This document shows, piece after piece, positions 46,623-54,484 of a DNA stretch of 54,484 nt. The notes below the pieces were generated by a model that saw only the letters and a list, made by a program, of their open reading frames with translations, was not told where the DNA came from and ran no database searches. Every line of letters begins with the position of its first letter. The first letter of the stretch is position 1. Both the position numbers and the translations under genes were made by a program. Source of the DNA: Clostridiales bacterium (GTDB taxonomy: Bacteria > Bacillota > Clostridia > Lachnospirales > Lachnospiraceae); NCBI GenBank assembly GCA_021203005.1, contig JAJQCB010000158.1, forward strand, positions 1 to 54,484. The letters are read 5' to 3'.

Positions 46623-48221
46623 TCAACGGTTATGCAGTATGTCCTCCAGATCCAGTCCGTACTGTTTTGCGATATCCCGCGCGTAGCTTAAACCGTCCGG
46701 TTTCGTCCGCAGAACCCGGTAGCTGCGCACGCCGTTCTCCCGGTTCTCCATCTGCGCCACCAGGTTATCGATTTTACTCTTGTTGCCGGGGTGCGCATTA
46801 AATTCATCCACCTTCAGCGGCAGGTCATGAATATGTGTCACAAAGATTCCGCAGCAGCCGATCACCCCGATGCCGGTCAGTACCTCCGAGGCGATATATC
46901 CTGCCTCAAGCCCGCTGGTGCTGGAAAAAGACTCGTCCATCAGAAGCATGTCTGTCTCTGTCAGCTTTTTCATGATCGCTCCCAGACGCGCACACTCGCT
47001 CTCCAGTCTCCCTTTACCGTAATTATTCTCATCAGACGCAGGAAAATGCGTATAAATGCCGGACACTGGGCTCATATAAGCCGACTCCGCCGGGACAAAA
47101 AGCCCAAGCTGAAACAACGCCTGCGTCATCCCCACCGAATAGGCAAAGATGGATTTTACTCCATTGTTCGGCCCGGTCACCAGATAAAACCGCCCCCTCT
47201 CATCCAGCGTAAAGGAATTAGAAACAACCGTCTTTTCCACCTCCCGCAAGGCCAGAATAGGATTGTATACCTGCTTTAAGTCACACCGTTTTTCCTCCAT
47301 GGACGCAATCCGCGGCCGGCACATAGGAAACCCCAGTTCCCGCATTTTCAGTATAAACTCCGCCCCGGCCGTGAGAAAACGGATATCATCCAGCAGAGAA
47401 ACAAAAGGCGCTGTGCTGACTTTATAATAATTCTGGATTAGCGGCTCAAAATCCCGAAGCGACTTTGCAAAAATGGTGCGGAGAGAAGTCGAAATCCCGT
47501 GATTAAGGGCTTTCAGTTCTTCCCCGTGAAGCCCCCGCGCAAGCGGATAGAGCGTGGAAATCAGCACTTTTCCATCGGGCGATTTTTTCTTTAACAGGCG
47601 GTTCATCACCGTGCCCGGCCGGAATTCCTCCTGGTTGACAGATAAAATACCTGCCTCCTTCGGCTGAAGGTTCTCATCCAGATTCACACCGATCGTGACA
47701 CTCTTTAAGTATCCGAAATCCATCTCCGTACCGGCCAGTTCGCGGGAAAGACTCTGATATTCCTCTCCCTCCGCGATTTCCCGCACCTGTTCCCGGAAAC
47801 TCTTCATCCCTTCCGAGCGAAGCTCCGCATCGGAGAGCGCCCCGGAAAACAATTCCACAATATCCCGGTACATCTCCAGATAACGCACAGAACTTAACGC
47901 GCTGTCCACGGAAAAATCGCTGTCCATCACCTTGCTTAATGTATTAATGTTGGAAATGGTCGTGACGGAATCCACAAACGCCTGATACAGCGGCGGATTT
48001 TCCACCAGATCCTCCACCACGGAGAGGCGGTAATCCAGCACCGCCGGATCCATGGAAAAATAATTTTCCAGATGCAGATCAGAAAACCCCCGGTAACTCT
48101 CCTGTTTGATCACTACCATATCATCAATCTGCAGAGAATGGACAAAGGAATAATCTTTCATCCGCCGCTCTGCTGACGTATCACAGTCCGGCGGGTAGAT
48201 AAGTCGGAAATTTTTCTTCAT
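46623..48221 (-). CDS. MutS-related protein (MutS domain V ATPase only) with a non-canonical Walker A
   Basis: VTGPNNGVKS, GLFVPA, IYTHFP, GRLESEC.RL, LLMDESFSSTS, FVTH.H.L, SYA.DIA..YG; no mismatch-recognition domain seen. Confidence 0.85.
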   Translation of the reverse strand: MKKNFRLIYPPDCDTSAERRMKDYSFVHSLQIDDMVVIKQESYRGFSDLHLENYFSMDPAVLDYRLSVVEDLVENPPLYQAFVDSVTTISNINTLSKVMDSDFSVDSALSSVRYLEMYRDIVELFSGALSDAELRSEGMKSFREQVREIAEGEEYQSLSRELAGTEMDFGYLKSVTIGVNLDENLQPKEAGILSVNQEEFRPGTVMNRLLKKKSPDGKVLISTLYPLARGLHGEELKALNHGISTSLRTIFAKSLRDFEPLIQNYYKVSTAPFVSLLDDIRFLTAGAEFILKMRELGFPMCRPRIASMEEKRCDLKQVYNPILALREVEKTVVSNSFTLDERGRFYLVTGPNNGVKSIFAYSVGMTQALFQLGLFVPAESAYMSPVSGIYTHFPASDENNYGKGRLESECARLGAIMKKLTETDMLLMDESFSSTSGLEAGYIASEVLTGIGVIGCCGIFVTHIHDLPLKVDEFNAHPGNKSKIDNLVAQMENRENGVRSYRVLRTKPDGLSYARDIAKQYGLDLEDILHNR

Positions 48222-48376
48222 AGCGCCCTCTCCTTCATTTTTACACGGCTTTTCCTCATTATATAGCAGGAAATGATGGAAAGCAAATTTTTTACAGAAG
48301 GGTAACTTGCGAAACCACCCCCGCTATGTTAAGATAATTCTGAGTCATTTAAAAATTCATAAAGGGGGCTATTATC

Positions 48377-50059
48377 ATGTATCAGGACGAGTATAAGCGC
48401 TGGCTCGCAGCAGATCTGGAGGATTCAGACCTGAAGCCGGAGCTGACAAGAATCGAGAGCAATGACAATGAAATAAAGGAACGCTTCGCCGTAGCCTTAA
48501 AGTTCGGCACCGCGGGGCTGCGCGGCGTGCTGGGAGCCGGCACGAACCGCATGAATATCTACGTGGTCCGTCAGGCGACCCAGGGACTGGCGAACTGGGT
48601 GAAAATGCAGGGCGGCACACAGACTGTAGCGATCAGCTATGACAGCCGTTTGAAGAGCGATATTTTCGCAAAGACCGCAGCCGGCGTGCTGGCTGCAAAC
48701 GGAGTTCAGGTGCGCATCTATGATTCCCTGATGCCGGTACCGGCACTGTCCTTTGCCACCCGCTATTATCAGTGCAACGCGGGTATCATGGTCACCGCAT
48801 CCCACAACCCGGCTCAATACAACGGCTACAAAGCCTACGGACCGGACGGATGCCAGATGACCGATGATGCGGCCGCTATCGTATACGATGAAATCCAGAA
48901 AACAGATGTGCTGACCGGCGCTTCCTATATTTCCTTTGCAGAGGGAGTAGAAAAAGGTCTGATCCGTTTCGTCGGAGACGACTGCAAGGATGCTTTTTAC
49001 AAGGCAATTGAAGACCGTCAGGTACGTCCCGGTCTCTGCAGGACCGCCGGGTTGAAGCTGGTGTACAGCCCGCTGAACGGTTCCGGCCTTGTCCCGGTGA
49101 CCAAAGTGTTAAATGACATCGGAATCACTGACATCACCATCGTTCCGGAGCAGGAGTACCCCAATGGCTACTTTACCACCTGCAGCTACCCGAACCCGGA
49201 AATTTTCGCCGCACTTGAGCTCGGCTTAAAGCTTGCGGAGGAATCCGGCGCAGACCTAATGCTCGCCACCGACCCGGACGCAGACCGTGTAGGTATCGCC
49301 ATGAAGTGTCCCGACGGCTCCTATGAGCTTGTCAGCGGCAATGAGGTGGGCGTCCTTCTTCTCGACTATATCTGCGCAGGGCGGATTGAAAAAGGCACCA
49401 TGCCCGCCAACCCGGTGGCCGTCAAGTCCATCGTCTCCACCCCTCTGGCGGACGCCGTTGCGGCGCACTACGGCGTAGAGCTTCGCAGCGTGCTGACCGG
49501 CTTTAAGTGGATCGGCGATCAGATTGCAGGCCTTGAGGCAAAGGGAGAAGTCGACCGCTTTATCTTCGGCTTCGAGGAGAGCTACGGCTATCTGGCCGGA
49601 CCCTATGTCCGCGACAAGGATGCCGTGATCGCTTCGATGCTGATCTGCGAGATGGCCGCCTACTACCGCAGCACCGGCAGCTCCATCAAACAGCGTCTCG
49701 AAGAGATTTACGCACAGTACGGCCGCTACCTGAACAAAGTGGACAGCTATGAATTCCCCGGTCTGACCGGCATGGACAAGATGAACAGCATCATGCAGGG
49801 GCTTCGCGACAATCCGCCGACAGAATTCGCGGGGGATAAGATTGTAAAGATTACGGATTACAAGAAGCCGGAAGAGACCGGCCTCCCCGCCTCCAATGTG
49901 CTGATTTATGCTCTGGAGAGCGGCGCATCCGTGGTGATCCGTCCCTCCGGCACCGAACCGAAGATCAAGACCTACTTCACCACACTGGGCAAAGACCTCG
50001 CGGAAGCACAGGCACAGAAAAATACTCTGACAGAGGCGATCAAACCGCTGCTGGCCTAA
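48377..50059 (+). CDS. pgm: Phosphoglucomutase/phosphomannomutase
   Basis: FGTAGLRG, catalytic TASHNP, metal loop DPDADR, GFEESYG, IRPSGTEPKIK. Confidence 0.95.
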   Translation: MYQDEYKRWLAADLEDSDLKPELTRIESNDNEIKERFAVALKFGTAGLRGVLGAGTNRMNIYVVRQATQGLANWVKMQGGTQTVAISYDSRLKSDIFAKTAAGVLAANGVQVRIYDSLMPVPALSFATRYYQCNAGIMVTASHNPAQYNGYKAYGPDGCQMTDDAAAIVYDEIQKTDVLTGASYISFAEGVEKGLIRFVGDDCKDAFYKAIEDRQVRPGLCRTAGLKLVYSPLNGSGLVPVTKVLNDIGITDITIVPEQEYPNGYFTTCSYPNPEIFAALELGLKLAEESGADLMLATDPDADRVGIAMKCPDGSYELVSGNEVGVLLLDYICAGRIEKGTMPANPVAVKSIVSTPLADAVAAHYGVELRSVLTGFKWIGDQIAGLEAKGEVDRFIFGFEESYGYLAGPYVRDKDAVIASMLICEMAAYYRSTGSSIKQRLEEIYAQYGRYLNKVDSYEFPGLTGMDKMNSIMQGLRDNPPTEFAGDKIVKITDYKKPEETGLPASNVLIYALESGASVVIRPSGTEPKIKTYFTTLGKDLAEAQAQKNTLTEAIKPLLA

Positions 50060-50145
50060 CTGCAGCATAGGAATTACAATCGAGCAGGAGGCGACTTTTG
50101 CCTCATACTCGCCGCGCGGGGTGCGGACAGCACAGCTGTCATATC

Positions 50146-50170
50146 CCTTATGCACCCCTGCGCATATAAA
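50146..50170 (-). repeat. Dispersed repeat copy 3
   Basis: CCTTATGCACCCCTGCGCATATAAA; forms the 3' arm of a hairpin with GCGCGGGGTGC at about 50114-50124. Confidence 0.75.
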
Positions 50171-50171
50171 A

Positions 50172-50227
50172 AAACAGCCAATCCGGGGCAGGTATATTTA
50201 TATCCCGGGCTGGCTGCTTTTCTTTTA
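50172..50227. terminator. Bidirectional terminator between pgm and the cotS-like gene
   Basis: CAGCCAATCCGGGG...TCCCGGGCTGGCTG flanked by A- and T-tracts. Confidence 0.65.
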
Positions 50228-50254
50228 AAAGCTGCGAAAATACCGCTCCCTTTT

Positions 50255-51325
50255 TCATAATCGCGCCCGCTTCAATACTGCCAGAAAATTCTTCCTCGCC
50301 TCATTCTGGCGCAGCTCTTTTTTCAGCTTCTCACAGTCTTTCCCGGAATCCAGCACCTTATTGGAGTAATAATAGCGATTGGCAATCTTCCAGAATTTCT
50401 CCGGGTAGCTCATGCGTCCGTAGAGTTCCACCCAGTCGGCATCGTTTAATGCATGTACCCGGCTGTACTCGCGCAGCATTTCCAGCCCCAGCGTCTCACT
50501 CCATTCATGCTTTTCCAGACACTTCCGCAGAAAATTGCTCAAATCCGACACCTGTGCGTCATAGCCGGCGTGCTCCATGTGAATCAGCGTCATCCCGCCG
50601 GACTCAATGACAACATTGTGCTGATTGAAATCTCCGTGGCAGACACCCATCGTGTGATCCGCAAAGACGCCCTCCTGCTCTTCCAGAAAGCGCAGAACAT
50701 TCTCCGACTGACAGATATACTCCGGGAAGCACCGCAGATACAGAAGTTCAAAATCACTCTTGTTTTTGCGGGAAGCAATGTATTTCTTTATTTTTCTGAG
50801 TTCCCGGTCCCTGCGGCAATATTTTTCATAAGCGGTCTCCGGCGAACTTTCAAACCTCAACCGCTGCTCTGCATCCCGACCAGACTGCGTTTCTCTTTGC
50901 TCTGCCGCATCCAGTTCCCGGTCCTCACGTCCGCCTTCATCACAAAAACCACCATGCAGAATTTCCCCCTCACAGGCCGCATGAAAGCCCGCCAGAAAGG
51001 AAACCGCCATCACCATATCCATCCTGCTTCTGACATCACATTCCCGCCCTTTAACCCAGCGGTGAAAGGTGTATTTTGTGCCGTCCACACCATCCGTGAT
51101 CAGCGCGTCCTCCTTATTTTTCAGCATATAATCACAGGAAATACGATGCGCCGTCAAAAAAGCGCCCAACTGGTACAGGTACGCCGCCTTTTTCTCCTGC
51201 CCATGAAATTCTTTCAGTGCGAACAGGCCGGTGTCGGTCTCGCAGATCAGAATACCCCTTCCCTTGTAAAACTTCTCTGTCGTCGCCTGCTGTTTTTCCA
51301 GAACCTGCTCCACCTTAAAATACAC
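50255..51325 (-). CDS. CotS-family spore coat kinase-like protein
   Basis: KGRG..ICETD.G..ALKE, W..GRECD, CHGDFNQHNV, YPEKFWKIAN.YY. Start codon uncertain. Confidence 0.85.
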   Translation of the reverse strand: MYFKVEQVLEKQQATTEKFYKGRGILICETDTGLFALKEFHGQEKKAAYLYQLGAFLTAHRISCDYMLKNKEDALITDGVDGTKYTFHRWVKGRECDVRSRMDMVMAVSFLAGFHAACEGEILHGGFCDEGGREDRELDAAEQRETQSGRDAEQRLRFESSPETAYEKYCRRDRELRKIKKYIASRKNKSDFELLYLRCFPEYICQSENVLRFLEEQEGVFADHTMGVCHGDFNQHNVVIESGGMTLIHMEHAGYDAQVSDLSNFLRKCLEKHEWSETLGLEMLREYSRVHALNDADWVELYGRMSYPEKFWKIANRYYYSNKVLDSGKDCEKLKKELRQNEARKNFLAVLKRARL

Positions 51326-51372
51326 AAAAACACCCCTTCACATAAGAGTTCGCGCTTACATGCGTCTTTTTC

Positions 51373-51401
51373 ATCTTATGAAAAGGGGTGAAGAAGTATG
51401 C
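51373..51401 (-). promoter_or_regulatory. Probable sporulation sigma (SigE/G/K-like) promoter
   Basis: GCATAC...CATAAGAT on the minus strand upstream of a spore coat gene. Confidence 0.45.
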
Positions 51402-51521
51402 TTACAGGCAAATACTTTTACCGCATAATGACATACATGATTCATCTTACATTTTTGTTGTCTTTGATCTGGCTGTTCCTGAATTTAGCTTATTAAGCAT
51501 TTTTCCTTTACAGAAAAATCC

Positions 51522-52940
51522 TTACACATCCCCACCATACAGGTTCTCACGGTATCTGTCCAGCAAGATTTCTTTCCGGTTCAGTTCCGGTTCATCCAGA
51601 ACCTCCTGCAGCATGAGGTTTAAGACCCTGCCGATCTCCGGCCCGGGCTTCAGCCCCGCCTCAATCAGATCAGAACCGGTCACCGCAAGGTCTTTTAAGG
51701 AGAGACATTCCTTTTTCTCCTGAATCATACGGTAAATCCGTTCATACTCATCCAGATATTCGAGTTTTTCCTTTTTGAAATAGTCGCTCTGCGCCAGAAT
51801 ATCCGCACGCTTAACGGCAAACAGATCCGGATACTGGGCTTCCCCGTTGCGATAGATCGCGCGCCGCACATTCCGCCCGGTCAGCGGCAAAGGGCGGTCG
51901 TCGTGCGCCCGTACCAGAGCCTTGACCCGTGTGATCGTGTCGTTATCAAACTTCAGACGGCGAAGAATCCGTCCGGTCATCTCCGCGCCCAGTTTCGGAT
52001 GTCCGTGAAAATGATCGATGCCATCCTCATCCTGCGTGATGCAATCCGGCTTCGCTACATCATGAAACAGCATGGTCAGCCGGAGCACCTTCTCCTGCGG
52101 CACTTCCGACAGAGACCGGATCGTGTGCTCCCCGACGGAACCACAGTGATGCGGGTTGTGCTGGGGCGTTTTCATCATCCGGGAAAATTCCGGCAGAATC
52201 ACATCCGCCATACCGGTCTCATAGACCGCGCGCATCTTCTCCGGGTGTGGGGATGTCAGAAGCTTGACCAGCTCCATCTGAATCCGCTCCGCACTGATTT
52301 TAGAAAGGTTACCGGCCAGGGATAAAATTGCCGCCCGGGTATCCGGATCCAGTTCAAACCCCAGCTGCGCGGCGAAACGCACCGCCCGCAGCATACGCAG
52401 AGCGTCTTCCCTGAAGCGGTCCTCCGCCTTTCCGACACAGCGGATCACCCCCTGCTCAAGATCACCCAGGCCGTCAAAAGCATCGACAAATCCTGTTTCC
52501 TCATTATAAGCCATGGCGTTAATGGTAAAATCCCTGCGTTTTAAATCCTCCAGAAGGTCAGAAGTAAATGCAACAGATTTCGGATGCCGCGCATCCTCAT
52601 ACTCCCCGTCAATCCGGTAGGTTGTCACCTCAAACCCCTCATGATCGAGCATCACCGTCACTGTGCCGTGCTGAATGCCGGTATCTATCGTATAACAGCG
52701 GGAAAAATCCTGCATAGTTTCCGCTTCGGATGAAGATATCACACGGGAGCCCCCGCCTCCCGCACGCCGGAAAATCTCTTTCACCTGCTCCGGCTTCGCG
52801 GAGGTCGTGATATCCCAGTCCTGAGGCTCACGCCCCAGCACAACATCCCGGACACAGCCGCCCACCGCGTAGGCGTCATAACCGGTGCGCTGCAATTCTT
52901 TTATAATAAATGATACCTTTTCCGGTAAATTGATTCTCAT
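51522..52940 (-). CDS. cca: CCA tRNA nucleotidyltransferase with HD domain
   Basis: VGGCVRD, D.DITT, EVTTYR, DLKRRDFTINAMA, EDALRMLR, ERI..EL, FHDVAKP. Confidence 0.95.
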   Translation of the reverse strand: MRINLPEKVSFIIKELQRTGYDAYAVGGCVRDVVLGREPQDWDITTSAKPEQVKEIFRRAGGGGSRVISSSEAETMQDFSRCYTIDTGIQHGTVTVMLDHEGFEVTTYRIDGEYEDARHPKSVAFTSDLLEDLKRRDFTINAMAYNEETGFVDAFDGLGDLEQGVIRCVGKAEDRFREDALRMLRAVRFAAQLGFELDPDTRAAILSLAGNLSKISAERIQMELVKLLTSPHPEKMRAVYETGMADVILPEFSRMMKTPQHNPHHCGSVGEHTIRSLSEVPQEKVLRLTMLFHDVAKPDCITQDEDGIDHFHGHPKLGAEMTGRILRRLKFDNDTITRVKALVRAHDDRPLPLTGRNVRRAIYRNGEAQYPDLFAVKRADILAQSDYFKKEKLEYLDEYERIYRMIQEKKECLSLKDLAVTGSDLIEAGLKPGPEIGRVLNLMLQEVLDEPELNRKEILLDRYRENLYGGDV

Positions 52941-52943
52941 CTT

Positions 52944-54383
52944 TTAATAAGCCCGTCCCCAGTAAACCAGCTTCTTCGCCGGCTTCCCGCAGCACACACA
53001 GGTCTCAGCAATCTGCTCCTGGTCGTCAAACGGCATACACCGGGAAGTCGCGCCGGTCTCTTCCTTAATCTTGTCCTCGCAGGCCTGATCGCCGCACCAC
53101 ATACCGCGGATATAGCCCGGCTTGGAATTCACAATCCCGCAGAACTCCTCATAGTCATGAGCATCATAGATATGAGAATCGCGGTGCGCTTTTGCCCGCT
53201 CAAACATATCCTTCTGAATCTGATCCAGCAGCTGCGGAATCACGGTCTCCACTTCATCCAGGGAAACCACAATTTTTTCTCTGGTATCACGGCGAACTGC
53301 CACACAATGATTCTCCGCGATATCCCGCGGTCCCAGCTCAATACGGAGCGGGATGCCGCGCATCTCCTGCTCGGAATACTTCCATCCCGGGCTCTTATCC
53401 GAGTCATCCAGCTTCGCCCTGCAGACCTTACCCAGACGCTCTGTCAGCGCCGCACAGGAATCCATCACTCCTTCTTTGCGCTGCTGCACCGGAATAACCA
53501 TCACCTGAGTCGGAGCCACCGCAGGCGGAAGCACCAGTCCGGAATCATCCCCGTGCACCATGATGATCGCGCCGATCAGACGGGTCGTCATCCCCCAGGA
53601 AGTCTGGTGTACATACTTTAACTGGTTATCCTTATCTGTATACTGAATGCCAAACGCCTTCGCAAATCCGTCGCCGAAATTATGGCTGGTACCGGACTGG
53701 AGCGCCTTGCCGTCGTGCATCAGAGCCTCAATCGTGTAGGTGGCCTCCGCACCGGCAAACTTTTCCTTCTCCGTCTTCTGCCCGCGAATCACCGGAATCG
53801 CCAGGAAATCTTCCACAAAATCCGCATAGAGATTCAGCATCCGGATGGTTCTCTCCTTTGCCTCCTCTGCCGTCGCATGGGCGGTATGTCCCTCCTGCCA
53901 CAGGAATTCTCTCGACCGGAGGAAAGGACGCGTCTCCTTCTCCCAGCGGACCACGGAACACCACTGATTGTATAACTTCGGCAGATCACGGTAGGACTCA
54001 ATGTCATTTTTATAAAAATCACAGAACAGCGTCTCCGAGGTCGGCCGCACACAGAGCCGTTCCTGCAGCTCATTCATGCCGCCGTGCGTGACCCAGGCCA
54101 CCTCCGGCGCGAATCCCTCCACATGATCCTTCTCCACTTCCAGAAGGCTCTCCGGAATAAACATCGGCATGTAGACATTCTCCACGCCGGTCTCCTTAAA
54201 TCTCCGGTCCAGCTCATGCTGGATATTCTCCCAGATCGCGTAACCCGCCGGCTTGAAGATCATGCAGCCGCGGATGCTGGAATAATCCATCAGTTCCGCT
54301 TTTTTCACGACATCTGTATACCACTGGGCAAAATCCACATCCATGGACGTGATCGCCTCGACCAATTTCTTTTCCTTTGCCAT
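52944..54383 (-). CDS. proS: Prolyl-tRNA synthetase (archaeal/eukaryote-like type)
   Basis: [47 protein letters not shown]-terminal zinc domain ending GRAY; no INS editing domain. Confidence 0.97.
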   Translation of the reverse strand: MAKEKKLVEAITSMDVDFAQWYTDVVKKAELMDYSSIRGCMIFKPAGYAIWENIQHELDRRFKETGVENVYMPMFIPESLLEVEKDHVEGFAPEVAWVTHGGMNELQERLCVRPTSETLFCDFYKNDIESYRDLPKLYNQWCSVVRWEKETRPFLRSREFLWQEGHTAHATAEEAKERTIRMLNLYADFVEDFLAIPVIRGQKTEKEKFAGAEATYTIEALMHDGKALQSGTSHNFGDGFAKAFGIQYTDKDNQLKYVHQTSWGMTTRLIGAIIMVHGDDSGLVLPPAVAPTQVMVIPVQQRKEGVMDSCAALTERLGKVCRAKLDDSDKSPGWKYSEQEMRGIPLRIELGPRDIAENHCVAVRRDTREKIVVSLDEVETVIPQLLDQIQKDMFERAKAHRDSHIYDAHDYEEFCGIVNSKPGYIRGMWCGDQACEDKIKEETGATSRCMPFDDQEQIAETCVCCGKPAKKLVYWGRAY

Positions 54384-54484
54384 AACGTCTTGTCTCCTTG
54401 TACTAAACTAAGATTTCCACTGTTTTCTGATTGTACCAAGCCGCTAACGCGGCGGCTACCTAAACTTTCATGATTCCGTTACTT

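Noticed and set aside
54384-54484. T-box upstream of proS
   Set aside because: No GGTGGNACC antiterminator motif in the 100 bp available; a leader beyond the window cannot be excluded.

Overview
54.5 kb of chromosome from a spore-forming Clostridia member, most consistent with Lachnospiraceae (inferred from gene content and order). Nearly all genes are on the minus strand. Core blocks: (1) proS-cca-cotS-like; (2) hup-yabO-yabP-yabQ-divIC-spoIIE-tilS-hpt-ftsH-GH13; (3) LCP-zinc ribbon-carbamate kinase; (4) udp and an LTA synthase; (5) a T-box (Asn specifier)-controlled non-discriminating aspS-gatCAB operon; (6) thiE/thiD, clpX-alpha-galactosidase, a Csp-type subtilase and larC. Most unusual points: a GNAT acetyltransferase fused in frame to GatC; a hipBA toxin-antitoxin pair between thiE and thiD, with HipA reading in frame into ThiD across an A6 tract; a Ser/Thr kinase + TxxL-repeat membrane protein + 2068-aa Ig-like surface protein module; a candidate C-rich-loop sRNA; a dispersed GCAGGGGTGCRTAAGG repeat bracketing the csp gene in inverted orientation; a 157-bp MITE that rewrote the FtsH C-terminus; and a triplicated structured repeat inside the aspS-gat operon. 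No rRNA, tRNA, CRISPR array, transposase or integrase was recognised. All calls come from reading motifs by eye; no database searches were run.
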